The notes under the pieces: generated by a model | The model's input: only the letters and a program-made list of their open reading frames with translations | Databases searched by the model: none | What the model was told of the DNA's origin: nothing | Shown here: one piece after another, positions 27,662 through 37,861 of the stretch | How the letters are laid out: every line of letters begins with the position of its first letter | Position numbering within the stretch: position 1 is the first letter of the stretch | Position numbers and translations under genes: made by a program | IMG/VR virus record: IMGVR_UViG_3300031111_000001 | Location: 1-64,000 of that record | Source of the DNA: a virus | Reading direction: 5' to 3' (one strand) | Length of the DNA: 64,000 nt

Positions 27662-28186
27662 ATGCCGACTACCCAAACGCATGTCGTGCCGATTGGCCCC
27701 TGCCGCCTATTCTTTGATGGCGTGGACCTGGGCTACACAATCGACGGCGTCATCCTGACGTTCCAGCGTGAGACTGAAGAAAAGTACGTGGATACATCCG
27801 ATGCCCCTGTGGACATCATCACCACGAAGCGGACCTTCAGCGTCACCGCAAACCTTGCCGAATATAGCTTGGAACTTCTGCACAGCATGATCGGCGCATC
27901 TCAATTCGTCAAAACCATTGACGAAGACGGCAATACACTGCTTTCCCACCTTGCCATCAGCGGCAATCTGGAAGGCTCCAATGTGTCCAGGGCGAAGGAA
28001 CTCCATTTGGTTCCGGTCGGCATGGACGACAATCACATGGTGACCGTTCGCCACGCCATCCCGATGTGCAACATGGAGTGGACGTACTCCAAAGACGCAG
28101 TGCGCTACTGCTCTGTTGTGTTCATCGCCGTGGATGGGGAGAACGGCTTCGTGGCCTTTGGCGATACAGACCTCGCCTTCGCATAG
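27662..28186 (+). CDS. second tail-tube-protein paralog (baseplate-proximal tube ring candidate)
   Basis: VDLGYT, VTVRHAIP, NGFVAFGD match 22433-22945. Confidence 0.8.
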   Translation: MPTTQTHVVPIGPCRLFFDGVDLGYTIDGVILTFQRETEEKYVDTSDAPVDIITTKRTFSVTANLAEYSLELLHSMIGASQFVKTIDEDGNTLLSHLAISGNLEGSNVSRAKELHLVPVGMDDNHMVTVRHAIPMCNMEWTYSKDAVRYCSVVFIAVDGENGFVAFGDTDLAFA

Positions 28187-28195
28187 GAGCAACCC

Positions 28196-28540
28196 ATGCC
28201 CGAGCAAGACACATATCCCTTGATTCCTGATCGGATCACATCGACTGCGCCGGAATACAAAACGACCACAGTCAATTTCGAATCCGGCAATGAACAACGC
28301 CTTGCCAACTGGAGTAATCCCAAGACCACTTTCAGTTTGCAGCACACCTATCTTTCCAAAGCACGCTATGACGAACTCATGGCGTTCTACAAAAGCAAAA
28401 AGGGCAGTTGGAAGAAGTTCTACTTCGTGAATCACGTTGATGGGGAAACGTACACCGTGCGATTCAAGGCTGACGCCATGACCATTACCCACATCAACGC
28501 TGCTCTTTACAACGTGGATGTGGAGTTGGTCACATGTTAG
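28196..28540 (+). CDS. distal tail protein (lambda gpM-like)
   Basis: FESGNEQR, FYKSKKGSWKKF, YTVRF. Confidence 0.75.
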   Translation: MPEQDTYPLIPDRITSTAPEYKTTTVNFESGNEQRLANWSNPKTTFSLQHTYLSKARYDELMAFYKSKKGSWKKFYFVNHVDGETYTVRFKADAMTITHINAALYNVDVELVTC

Positions 28541-29130
28541 AACTGAATGCCGCAACGATTGAAGAGACACAGAGCGACGAACTCATTGTCGTAAACCTTT
28601 ACGAGCTTATCTACGATCCCAACGAAGCTCCTCTTCGCTACACAAACTGGGACGAGCCAGTCTCATACGGCGGCAACATCTACGATCCTGCCGTCATCAA
28701 ACATTCCGAACTCACCCAATCTTCTGACGGGAAACTGAACAATGTGACGCTGATGGTTGGCAACGCCGACAGGATCATCCAGCGATACATTGAAGAGTAC
28801 GATCTTATCGGCAAGCGGGTGAAAGTTATCCAGTTTTTCATCGGGTCTGCCAGCGGTCAAACGCAGGGCACCTTCAAGATCAAGCAGGTAATCGCGAAAA
28901 AGGACACCGCGACATTCACGCTGTCCATCGGCATCGATTACCTGCGCGTGCAGGTTCCCCGGCGTACCGCGTCTGCCCGCCACTGCGGCTGGCAGTTCCG
29001 GTCTGCCGAATGCGGCTACGAAGGGGCCGACACAGACTGCGAAAAGACTTTTGAGGACTGCATGGCAAAGGGGAACATCGCCCGGATCGGATGCTTTCCG
29101 GGGATCATCAATGAAAAAATCTACGTGTAA
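28534..29130 (+). CDS. tail tip protein (lambda gpL-like)
   Basis: VPRR..CGWQFRSAECGY..CEKTFEDC..IGCFPG Cys cluster. Confidence 0.85.
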   Translation: MLELNAATIEETQSDELIVVNLYELIYDPNEAPLRYTNWDEPVSYGGNIYDPAVIKHSELTQSSDGKLNNVTLMVGNADRIIQRYIEEYDLIGKRVKVIQFFIGSASGQTQGTFKIKQVIAKKDTATFTLSIGIDYLRVQVPRRTASARHCGWQFRSAECGYEGADTDCEKTFEDCMAKGNIARIGCFPGIINEKIYV

Positions 29131-29530
29131 CCCGTTCAAAACGATCAAATATTTGGCAATTCCCTACAAGCATAATGGCGACACTTTTGATGGTTGCGAC
29201 TGCTACGGGTTGATCGCCCTCATTTACCGGGAAGAGCTTGGCATTACAATTCAGCCGTTCAAAATGTATGAATCATACAGAGCGGTTGATGAAGATGTCT
29301 TCGTCGATCACGCACAAGACGAATTTGCCCCCGTGAATGAAGATGCGTTGCAACCATACGACGCGATCTTGCTATACACGGATCGCAAATTTCCGACACA
29401 TGTCGGAATGTACATCGGCCAGGGCAGGTTTATCCACACCCGAATGAGGTCCAAAAGGCCGGTTGTTGAGCGATTGTCGGTATGGCGTGATCGCGTTTAC
29501 GCCTTTTACAGGCACAAGGGGTTGACATGA
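29111..29530 (+). CDS. NlpC/P60 tail tip protein (gpK-like)
   Basis: GCDCYGL, HVGMYIGQGRFIH. Confidence 0.9.
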   Translation: MKKSTCNPFKTIKYLAIPYKHNGDTFDGCDCYGLIALIYREELGITIQPFKMYESYRAVDEDVFVDHAQDEFAPVNEDALQPYDAILLYTDRKFPTHVGMYIGQGRFIHTRMRSKRPVVERLSVWRDRVYAFYRHKGLT

Positions 29531-32500
29531 TCATCAAACTGATCCCGAACTTCTTTGAAAAGAAAAAGAAGATCGAACAGGAATGGAAACACAAGGTCGC
29601 CACGGTTCGCGAGGTGTTCGACGAGTGTTTCCCCGAATACAAACACAAAGACTTCACCCCGTCCGTTTCTGGCAAGGTTGTCGAGTGGGACGAATACTTT
29701 GGCCCCAAGGACGATGTGGTATTCATCCAGAATATCGAGGGTGGCGGCGGCATCGTTTCGACTGTTCTTGGCGCTGTGCTAACCGTTGTTGGTGTTGTCT
29801 CCGAGAACCCATACCTGATTGGTATGGGTATTTCGATGATGGTGGGCGGCGTTGTCGGTATGATGTTCGCTGCCACAGTGCCAGACACGAATACAACGCC
29901 GATTCCCACCAGCGAGATGTCGGATTCCAAGACGTATTCGTGGAGCGGTATCCAGAACATCATCGGTGAAGGAAACCCGATTCCTATCGTCTATGGTATC
30001 CATCGAATTGGTGGCATCATCATCGAAGCGTTCATCCATGGCGAAAATGGGTGGGGCCAGCAAGAAAACAAGATTCTCAATGTCTTGACTGGTCTTTCTG
30101 AGGGTCCGATTGAAAAGATCGATACCGATTCCATTCAGATCAACAAGAAGGAAATCGCTTATTACAACGAAGAGTCGGATGCCGTTGAATACGATTTCCG
30201 GCAAGGTGAAAACACGCAGGAGACAGTGGCCGGGTTCAACAAGATTGCCCGGCAGTTCGACCTTTCTGGTATGAAGCTCACTGCCCCGACAGACGATGAA
30301 AGGGACGCGGGGATTGAACATAAATACCAGTATTACAAGACCAGCCGGGCGTGTGACGAAGCGAAAGTCATGGTTTCCTTCCCGGCTTTGTATCACGCCA
30401 AAAAAAATGGCGGCATGACAGACCTGTCTGTCAAATTCGCCGTTAGTTACGCAGTGTATGGTACTGACGATTATTCTACTCCCATAGAATACACGGCGAC
30501 GAACAGCACGAAATCACAGTGCGACTATGCGGTGTACATTCCATTCCCCACGAAGGATAAGTATATGATCCGCGTCGAGCGGATCACAGACAACTTTACA
30601 TCCCTGCGTGACCAGGGCGACTCCTATGTCTCCCGTGTGGTGGAATTTGAAAACGTCTCCCTGACGTATCCGAACACTGCGCTGTTGGGCTACAGATTCC
30701 TCGCTACGGACAAGCTGTCTGGTTCGATGCCTGACTTCACGGTTGTCGCTCACGGCAAGAAGGTCTACAGCGTTCGCGACATTGTTGACAATGGGGATGG
30801 AACATACACCTATGGGGAATTGGTCCACTCTCAAAACCCCGCCGACATCTTGTTCGATTTGCTGACCAACAAGCGTTTCGGCCTTGGGCGGCAAATAGAT
30901 ATCTCCAATATCCATTTGGAGAGCTTTCAAGAGTGGGCTGAGTTCTGCGACGAATTGATCAGGTACACGGAGTTCGACTCGACGACAGGCCGCAAAGTGA
31001 CCAAGACCGAAAAGCGGTTCGATTTCAACTTCGTGATCGACAAGGAGTACAAGGCCCACGATCTGATCTCCAAAATTTGCTCTACCTGCCGGGCAATCCC
31101 AATGTGGGAGGGAGACAAATTTAAGGTCGTGATCGAAAGGGCTGCGGAGCCGGTCCAGTTGTTCACCATGGACAACATCGTCGAGGATTCGTTTCAAGAA
31201 ACCTACATCGGGATCGACGAGATTCCGAACCAGATCGAAGCGGAAATCCTTGACGAGGACGATGACTTTGATCGAGCAACCCTGGTCGCAGTTGACAAAT
31301 CGCGCCTGGACGAGCCGTTGGACTCCAAGAAGATCAACTTCTACGGCCTGACGAAGCGGTCCAGGGCAAAGCGCGAGTTGGCTTTCAACCTGCGTAAGTC
31401 CTTGTCTGCCCGCCGCATGGTGGAGTTTCAGGCCGGGATGGATGCGATCATTTGTGAATGTGGCGACCTTGTGGCCGTTCAATATGGCTATCCTGAGTAT
31501 GGGCTGCGCGGTATCACCATCGAGGCCGTGGAACAGCGCGACGGGTACTTCCTGTTGACTCTGGAAGCCCCAGTAACGATCACAAACGGAGAAGCCTACA
31601 GGATCAAGGTGCGCCAGACCAATGGCACCTTCGTGACCTATCAGTTCGTGTCCCAGACGCTAAACGGCGAGGACACGGAAGAAGGCAATATCGTCCGTAT
31701 CGACGGAAACGTGCCTGACGGCGTCTCTGAGGGACTTTTGGGTTACATTGGACCCATGACCTTCGACGAGACGCAATATCGCGTCATGAGCATCACCAAG
31801 GGCACTGACGACGGGACTATCGCCATCAAGGGCGAACTTTACGACGAGGCCATTTACGAGAGGCTCGACAGCACCGGCTACTACATCGACGATTTGTCTG
31901 TCGTGGTGTCGGAAAAGAACTACACGAAGCTGGGCGTTACCGAGCGGTACGAGCTTGATGGCTCCGCTGACGATCCGACGCCAGTTCCTGTGGCGAACAA
32001 TGCCACGGTGACTTCCGAGTACTATAGCATCCCGCCCTTCGTCACCGCCGTTGAACTTGAGGAGATCAACGACCTTGAGGAAGACAAAGTGGTGACCAGC
32101 ATCGCTATTGATTGGCCTGACGCCACTATGCCGGAAGGCTCCTTGGCGAAGGTGGTCAGGTACGAGGTGTTGCATTCTCTGGACGGCTCGACATGGGAAG
32201 TCCTGACCAGCGTGAAGGGATCACAGTACACCTACCGGAACGTGGCCCGGAGCGTGGACCACTACTTCCTGATCAAGCCGTACACCAACTACGACAAAAC
32301 CAACGAGATTGAGGCCAGTCGCTACGCGACCAGCTTTAAGATCACGCCGACCGGACAGGTGCCCACTCCAGACGCTGTCGAGGGCTTCATGGCCTACCAG
32401 AACGGCGATATGGTCAAGTTCCGATGGGACGAAGTTACGAACACGAAAATCAAGTACTACGAAATCCGAGAGGGCAAGTGGGCACTTGGTAAAATCGTGC

Positions 32501-33438
32501 GTCGCATCAAGGGTGACGAAACTGCGGCTTTTGTCGGTGAATCGGGCAACGTGACCTACTTCATCAAGGCTGTGAACATCAACGGGGTTTACTCTACTGA
32601 AGCTACTTCATTCACGGTTTCCATTTACGATGATGGCAACAGGAACATCATCTTCACCAAAAGCGATGCAGATGATGGCTGGGACGGTGTCAAAAACAAT
32701 GTCCAAGCCTCTGCTGGCGGTGATTTGGAGCTTCCGAATGGAGAAGAAGAGGGATATTACATCTCTGGCTATATTGACCTGACGGAAGCAGTGAAGTGCG
32801 TGAACTACGTTACTTACAATCTGGAAGCCGTTGTCGGCAACATGGATTCATGGAGTGACGCGGATTACGCATGGAACGACGCAGACGCTGAATGGTACGA
32901 TATCACCGACACCGATGGGGTTGGAGTTGAGCATCATATCAGCCTCTTTACGGAGTTGAGCGACGAGTTCGTCGATGTGGTCCGGTTGGCTGACAAAACA
33001 GAATCTGTCAGAGGGACCGAAGCCACGACTGCGGAGGGTATTGAATATGCCTCCGGTACGTTCCACAACGGAGCCGTGCAGCAGCTTGGGGCCATGCTGG
33101 ACTACGATATCTCGTTTCCCGAAAACTATAGCTTCATGTTCCGGCTACGCCTGGGTAATGTTCAACCCGGCTACATCGCGCACCTGAAGTCTGACACTGC
33201 CACGATGACCATCATAATGGTCCGTGAGGGTGTCTTCTGGCTGCGCACGGAAGATCACCAGTACATTGAAGTGAGCCTGACAGTGGAAGCCGATGACAAC
33301 CTGCTCTTTGGCATCGCCAAGAACGGCACTGACTTCCTGTTCTTCATTGGCAATATGACCAAACAAACGGCAAGCCATACCCACGGCGCACTGGCTTTCG
33401 GCACGCCGGATGGGTTCGTTTTCGGCAACGCCGTATAA
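29527..33438 (+). CDS. central tail hub/host specificity protein (gpI+gpJ-like fusion)
   Basis: N-terminal ubiquitin-like + hydrophobic gpI part; PIPIVYG, SEGPIE, YPNTALLG, NPADILFDLLTNKRFGLG; FN3 repeats. Confidence 0.9.
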   Translation: MIIKLIPNFFEKKKKIEQEWKHKVATVREVFDECFPEYKHKDFTPSVSGKVVEWDEYFGPKDDVVFIQNIEGGGGIVSTVLGAVLTVVGVVSENPYLIGMGISMMVGGVVGMMFAATVPDTNTTPIPTSEMSDSKTYSWSGIQNIIGEGNPIPIVYGIHRIGGIIIEAFIHGENGWGQQENKILNVLTGLSEGPIEKIDTDSIQINKKEIAYYNEESDAVEYDFRQGENTQETVAGFNKIARQFDLSGMKLTAPTDDERDAGIEHKYQYYKTSRACDEAKVMVSFPALYHAKKNGGMTDLSVKFAVSYAVYGTDDYSTPIEYTATNSTKSQCDYAVYIPFPTKDKYMIRVERITDNFTSLRDQGDSYVSRVVEFENVSLTYPNTALLGYRFLATDKLSGSMPDFTVVAHGKKVYSVRDIVDNGDGTYTYGELVHSQNPADILFDLLTNKRFGLGRQIDISNIHLESFQEWAEFCDELIRYTEFDSTTGRKVTKTEKRFDFNFVIDKEYKAHDLISKICSTCRAIPMWEGDKFKVVIERAAEPVQLFTMDNIVEDSFQETYIGIDEIPNQIEAEILDEDDDFDRATLVAVDKSRLDEPLDSKKINFYGLTKRSRAKRELAFNLRKSLSARRMVEFQAGMDAIICECGDLVAVQYGYPEYGLRGITIEAVEQRDGYFLLTLEAPVTITNGEAYRIKVRQTNGTFVTYQFVSQTLNGEDTEEGNIVRIDGNVPDGVSEGLLGYIGPMTFDETQYRVMSITKGTDDGTIAIKGELYDEAIYERLDSTGYYIDDLSVVVSEKNYTKLGVTERYELDGSADDPTPVPVANNATVTSEYYSIPPFVTAVELEEINDLEEDKVVTSIAIDWPDATMPEGSLAKVVRYEVLHSLDGSTWEVLTSVKGSQYTYRNVARSVDHYFLIKPYTNYDKTNEIEASRYATSFKITPTGQVPTPDAVEGFMAYQNGDMVKFRWDEVTNTKIKYYEIREGKWALGKIVRRIKGDETAAFVGESGNVTYFIKAVNINGVYSTEATSFTVSIYDDGNRNIIFTKSDADDGWDGVKNNVQASAGGDLELPNGEEEGYYISGYIDLTEAVKCVNYVTYNLEAVVGNMDSWSDADYAWNDADAEWYDITDTDGVGVEHHISLFTELSDEFVDVVRLADKTESVRGTEATTAEGIEYASGTFHNGAVQQLGAMLDYDISFPENYSFMFRLRLGNVQPGYIAHLKSDTATMTIIMVREGVFWLRTEDHQYIEVSLTVEADDNLLFGIAKNGTDFLFFIGNMTKQTASHTHGALAFGTPDGFVFGNAV

Positions 33439-33516
33439 CACACAGTCAAGTTCCCAACACCGAGGGGCATCCGTTTACGCGGGTGCCCCTCTTATATTTC
33501 AAATGGAGATTGAGAC

Positions 33517-33966
33517 ATGATCAAGGAGACTTTGAAGCTCGACGGCATGATGCGTGCCATCCTCACCAAGGCTGACGGAACCACCGAGAAGTTCACGAAA
33601 CACAATTTGATTGTGGACGATGGCGTGGACCTGATCTGCGACTGCCTATCCAAAGGCACGGATCGCCCGGCTGTGGCTGATTACATCGCTGTGGGCACGG
33701 ACGACACTGCCGTGACCGCCGACGACACTGCCCTGGGTTCCGAACTGACCCGGCTCCAGGCCACCTACGGCCACGCCGCTGGAACCGCCAGCTTCACCCT
33801 GACGGCTACCTTCAATGCCGGTGTTGCCACCGGAGCTATCGTGGAAGCGGGCGTGATTAACGCCTCTTCAGGCGGCTCCATGCTTGACCGCGTGGTTTTC
33901 CCTGTCATCAACAAGGAAGCCAACGACGTTTTGACCGTGACTTTCACATTCACTCTGACCATTTAG
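33517..33966 (+). CDS. tail fibre collar/baseplate accessory protein
   Basis: HNLIVDDG, YIAVGT..DTALGSEL, EAGVINA motif. Confidence 0.75.
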   Translation: MIKETLKLDGMMRAILTKADGTTEKFTKHNLIVDDGVDLICDCLSKGTDRPAVADYIAVGTDDTAVTADDTALGSELTRLQATYGHAAGTASFTLTATFNAGVATGAIVEAGVINASSGGSMLDRVVFPVINKEANDVLTVTFTFTLTI

Positions 33967-33978
33967 TGGGGTGATTTC

Positions 33979-34944
33979 ATGAGCGTGGACATTTCGTCCC
34001 GACTCATCAACCTCATTTGGAGCCACCCCGTCATTTGGGAAAATGCTACAATGACGTGGGCTGAAGCTGAAATCGAAGATCACCTTCTCAATGTTGGCGA
34101 AGCTATTCCCATCACAGACGCAAAAGCTGCGGAGATTGCCAAGGCGATCTCCCAGCAATTCTCTGCTGGGGATATGTTCGACCGCGTTGTGGTTGTAAGC
34201 CGTGGCTTCGGAGAAAGTCTTGCGTTGACCGGAGAGTACGCCAGAGCGTTTTTCAAGGCCATCGAGGATGATTTCGCGGCTGGAGGTGCAGTCACGAAGG
34301 CTGGTTCCAAGGCGTTGATAGAGTCGGCAACCGTTGCTGAGAATGAAACTGACCCAACCGATTACCGCCGACACTATTACGAGTCTTTTCAGGTTGCCGA
34401 CGCCATCGTCAAGCATTTGGAAAAGAGACGCACCCAAAACATTACCCTGGTTGACTCGTTTATCGGGCCGAACGTGCCGGGGGTCATCTCCGACGTTGCG
34501 ATCAAAAACACCATCGTCACCGAGGGACAAATCGATCCCATGGTAAACAAGGGATCGGCTTTTGGTTTTGGCGACTGGATTCCTTTTGTGGACGGTGAGT
34601 ACTACTACCGCGAAGCATTGTTCAAGATGACAATCAAGAACACAAAAACAGGCACCATCAATAGTGTCAAAATTCCAAGCCACAAGTTGACTTGCGATGT
34701 CTATGAGATCGTGGACAAAGGCAGTGGGGCAATCAGTAGTTCTAATGCTGATGGCACTGAAATCAGTTTCAACAAAACTTTTCGGCAAGCACCCATTGTT
34801 ACTCTGACGCTTTCTACAAGCCCGGATGGGTTTTGTGTGCCACAAATTGTTAGCGTTTCTAGCAGTTCTGTGACGGTTAAACTCGTAAAACCTGATGGCA
34901 CATTGGCTACCGGCGGCGTTATGTGGAACGCAGTTGGATTTTAA
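33979..34944 (+). CDS. tail structural protein with C-terminal H-type-lectin-like domain
   Basis: ISFNKTFRQAPIVTLT..WNAVGF. Confidence 0.7.
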   Translation: MSVDISSRLINLIWSHPVIWENATMTWAEAEIEDHLLNVGEAIPITDAKAAEIAKAISQQFSAGDMFDRVVVVSRGFGESLALTGEYARAFFKAIEDDFAAGGAVTKAGSKALIESATVAENETDPTDYRRHYYESFQVADAIVKHLEKRRTQNITLVDSFIGPNVPGVISDVAIKNTIVTEGQIDPMVNKGSAFGFGDWIPFVDGEYYYREALFKMTIKNTKTGTINSVKIPSHKLTCDVYEIVDKGSGAISSSNADGTEISFNKTFRQAPIVTLTLSTSPDGFCVPQIVSVSSSSVTVKLVKPDGTLATGGVMWNAVGF

Positions 34945-34965
34945 TTTCTGAGACAGGAGAACACA

Positions 34966-35502
34966 ATGGCTCAGGCCTATTACGATATTCCCAATACTGA
35001 GGCTTTGAAGGATTCGCATCCGAAAATTGTTGCGAATTTTGGAACCTTGCGGTCCAGCTTTGAGGGAGATGCTGCCCCGGATGATCCCGTTAAAGGTCAG
35101 CGGGCGTTCGTGAATGGTGTTTGGCAGACATGGGATGGCTCCGTATGGAAGACCGACCCCGAACTGCACAATCACGACGACAGATACTACACCGAGACAG
35201 AAACCGATACTCTGTTGGCCGACAAATCCAATACCGACCATACGCATGACGACAGATACTACACCGAGACAGAAACCGATGCTCTGTTGGCCGACAAATC
35301 CGACGATGGTCACGTTCACGATTCCCGATACTATACTGAATCAGAGGTTGACTCTGCTTTGGCCGGGAAGTCTGACACAACTCACGACCACGATACCCGG
35401 TACGCAGCCTCCTTCACCATTTCCAACGGGCAACTGACGCTGAAGGATGCGGACGGGAACGTATTGCAGGGGCCGGTGAACATCTATGCTCGATACGCAT
35501 AG
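34966..35502 (+). CDS. tail fibre protein with HxHDDRYYTE repeats
   Basis: 3-4 copies of a 24-aa repeat. Confidence 0.75.
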   Translation: MAQAYYDIPNTEALKDSHPKIVANFGTLRSSFEGDAAPDDPVKGQRAFVNGVWQTWDGSVWKTDPELHNHDDRYYTETETDTLLADKSNTDHTHDDRYYTETETDALLADKSDDGHVHDSRYYTESEVDSALAGKSDTTHDHDTRYAASFTISNGQLTLKDADGNVLQGPVNIYARYA

Positions 35503-35511
35503 GAGGGCTGC

Positions 35512-36519
35512 ATGACTGACCTTTCTTCATTCAACGGGTCTGACATCACCTACAGCGCCGATATCAAGGCTCTCAACAATTTGGCCAACTCTAAATGTAG
35601 TGAAGCTGGTGTGACTGGCACCGGCCTTAACAACGCATATTTGGACGTTGGCGACATCATCTACGCTTCACATATCAACCAAATTATCAACGCCTATCGT
35701 CGTGCATGGGACGCATCAAGCAATGCACCCGGAACGAAACAAAGTGCTGTCTCTCAAAATGCCCTTATTGATAACGCTGTGTACTACCATATGTGGTACC
35801 AGTTGAACGATATGGAATTTGGTCTTCCGGTTGTTGAATCTGGGGCCAGCACTACGATTTATGTAATTGAACCAGCAAATGGGCTGTTGGGCACTGGTGG
35901 AAATCTTTCTACCACAAACCGGACCCTTCAGGACCACGGAGTTGCGTCGGTTTCTGATGGATATAGGGTTTACCCAGCAAACACGTATCTTTACAGCTAT
36001 ACGGCTAGAGTTGCCAATGCACTTGAGGGCGCAAGCAAGTGGTGCTACTTGACCCAGCTAAAAATCAACTCATCGTTCTCGAGTGGGCGCATGGTTGCCA
36101 CTTCGTTTTCCATTAGAAATAATCTTGGAAAGCCGCTGTCGATAAACTACACTTGTGGCACGGCGTATGGTGGAATTTTATATTCCATGATTAACTACAT
36201 GCCCAATCGTGATCCGTGCCAGACTTACACAAATATCGACACTGGCCGTTATTGGCCGGTTGGACAAGACCTTTGGCTTGCTGTTTGGTATGATGGAACC
36301 TCCGTCAAGATGGGCTGGAAAACTGGAGCCAAGCCAAAAGCGTGGGGTGACTTCCTTTCCGCAAATAGAAGGGACTCAGGTTGCAATCCTGGTGTTCTGA
36401 ACAATTTGGATTTCACAACCTCCGACAATATTCACGTTGCTAGTGCAAGCGGCACCGGATGTTCGGTTGGGGTCAAATCATACACTCTCGCTAAAAATGT
36501 GGATATCACAGGCTCATAA
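35512..36519 (+). CDS. putative receptor-binding protein
   Basis: VGDIIYASHINQI N-terminus; low-GC beta-rich C-terminus. Confidence 0.6.
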   Translation: MTDLSSFNGSDITYSADIKALNNLANSKCSEAGVTGTGLNNAYLDVGDIIYASHINQIINAYRRAWDASSNAPGTKQSAVSQNALIDNAVYYHMWYQLNDMEFGLPVVESGASTTIYVIEPANGLLGTGGNLSTTNRTLQDHGVASVSDGYRVYPANTYLYSYTARVANALEGASKWCYLTQLKINSSFSSGRMVATSFSIRNNLGKPLSINYTCGTAYGGILYSMINYMPNRDPCQTYTNIDTGRYWPVGQDLWLAVWYDGTSVKMGWKTGAKPKAWGDFLSANRRDSGCNPGVLNNLDFTTSDNIHVASASGTGCSVGVKSYTLAKNVDITGS

Positions 36520-36528
36520 GAGGCGACT

Positions 36529-36873
36529 ATGAACTTACAACTTCCAGATGGATGGACCCTCAAAGAGGACCAATACGGCAATGACGGCGTGTTTGCCCGC
36601 TGCTCCTTCAAGGACAAAACCATCACCATAACGGTTCCGTGGTATCTCCGACCGCTCAAGCGGTGGATTCTGCTTCACGAATTGGGTCACGCCAACGGAA
36701 TACCCCAGGACTGCTCCGACAAAACCTGCATCATGTACGGAACCCCCGGTAACGATGGGTGGCATGAGAAGGTGTCTGTTCTGGCCCGCCTGTGGGGCCG
36801 CGTGAAGCGGGGCGATTGGTTCTGCAAACGGTGCCGCAACTGCCTCCGGGCGTACAAAAAGTTCGGGGTGTAG
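36529..36873 (+). CDS. small Zn metallopeptidase (archaemetzincin-like motif)
   Basis: HELGHANGIPQDCSDKTCIM...FCKRC. Confidence 0.6.
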   Translation: MNLQLPDGWTLKEDQYGNDGVFARCSFKDKTITITVPWYLRPLKRWILLHELGHANGIPQDCSDKTCIMYGTPGNDGWHEKVSVLARLWGRVKRGDWFCKRCRNCLRAYKKFGV

Positions 36874-36968
36874 CCATCTACACAGGCTGGCCCATGTAAT
36901 AGGCTAAATCCCTAGACAAATTAAAGGGTCACCTTTCGGGGTGACCCTTTTCTTTTGGAGTGAGAGAC

Positions 36969-37334
36969 ATGAAAAATTATTTTCCCGACAATGAGTTGCA
37001 GTGCCCATGCTGCGGAAAACTCAATTTTTCCAAAGATACCAAACTCAAACTGAATCTTGCCCGCGCTCTGGCCGGGATTCCGTTCATTCTCAATTCTGCG
37101 TGCCGCTGCAAAGCCCACAACACCGAGGTGGGCGGCAAAGAAAACTCCTCGCACCTTTGCGAAGGGCAGGAATGCACCGCCGTGGATATCAAAGCAACCA
37201 CTTCCAGACAACGCTATCTCATTCTCGCTGCCCTGATCGGGGCGGGGTTTAATCGCATCGGCATTGCGAAGACATTCGTCCACGCCGACGCAGACCCCAC
37301 CAAGGACGAGAAGGTGATTTGGCTTTACACGTAG
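36969..37334 (+). CDS. endolysin, peptidase M15 (D-Ala-D-Ala carboxypeptidase-like)
   Basis: ELQCPCCG, NSACRCKAHNTEVGG..SSH..AVDI, RIGIAKTFVHAD. Confidence 0.9.
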   Translation: MKNYFPDNELQCPCCGKLNFSKDTKLKLNLARALAGIPFILNSACRCKAHNTEVGGKENSSHLCEGQECTAVDIKATTSRQRYLILAALIGAGFNRIGIAKTFVHADADPTKDEKVIWLYT

Positions 37335-37343
37335 GAGCGCAAT

Positions 37344-37850
37344 GTGACCGCCAGAAAAATCAACGAGCAACTGCGCCTCCGCAAGAAGCGTCTGGAGCGT
37401 GCCGGGTTGCTTCCTCACAATGAAACTTGGCTGGAGTTCTACAATCGGACCAATGGCACCGAGAAGATCGTCAACCCCGAGTTTACGGCCTGGACCACAA
37501 ACAACCCCGATGGCTGGACGGTTCCGTCTGAGAGTCATGACGAGGTTGATCCCGAGTTTTACATTTCTGAACACAACGGGAAAGCCAAGTTCGTCGCCAC
37601 GGACATCGGAGTTGCCTCGATGCATCAGGCGGACATCTTTGCCGCCGACAAAGAATATTCCGTGATCGTGGACGTGCGGACTATCACCGAGGACGGCGAG
37701 TTCCGCGTCTATTGCGGAGCCCTGCTGACCCAGATCACCGTGCCGGGCTACTACGTTTTCGACGTGAGCGGCCAGACCGGCAACTTTCAAATTCGAACTG
37801 AAGGACCGTGTGAGGTTGTGGTCGCCAAGGCCAGCGTCACCGAGTTCTAG
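37344..37850 (+). CDS. hypothetical beta-sandwich (carbohydrate-binding-like) protein
   Basis: IVNPEFTAW..PDGW pattern; AGGAG RBS + GTG. Confidence 0.6.
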   Translation: MTARKINEQLRLRKKRLERAGLLPHNETWLEFYNRTNGTEKIVNPEFTAWTTNNPDGWTVPSESHDEVDPEFYISEHNGKAKFVATDIGVASMHQADIFAADKEYSVIVDVRTITEDGEFRVYCGALLTQITVPGYYVFDVSGQTGNFQIRTEGPCEVVVAKASVTEF

Positions 37851-37861
37851 GAGTATATCAA

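Noticed and set aside
33979-36519. Diversity-generating retroelement targeting fibres
   Set aside because: No reverse transcriptase and no TR/VR pair differing only at adenines was seen in this window.
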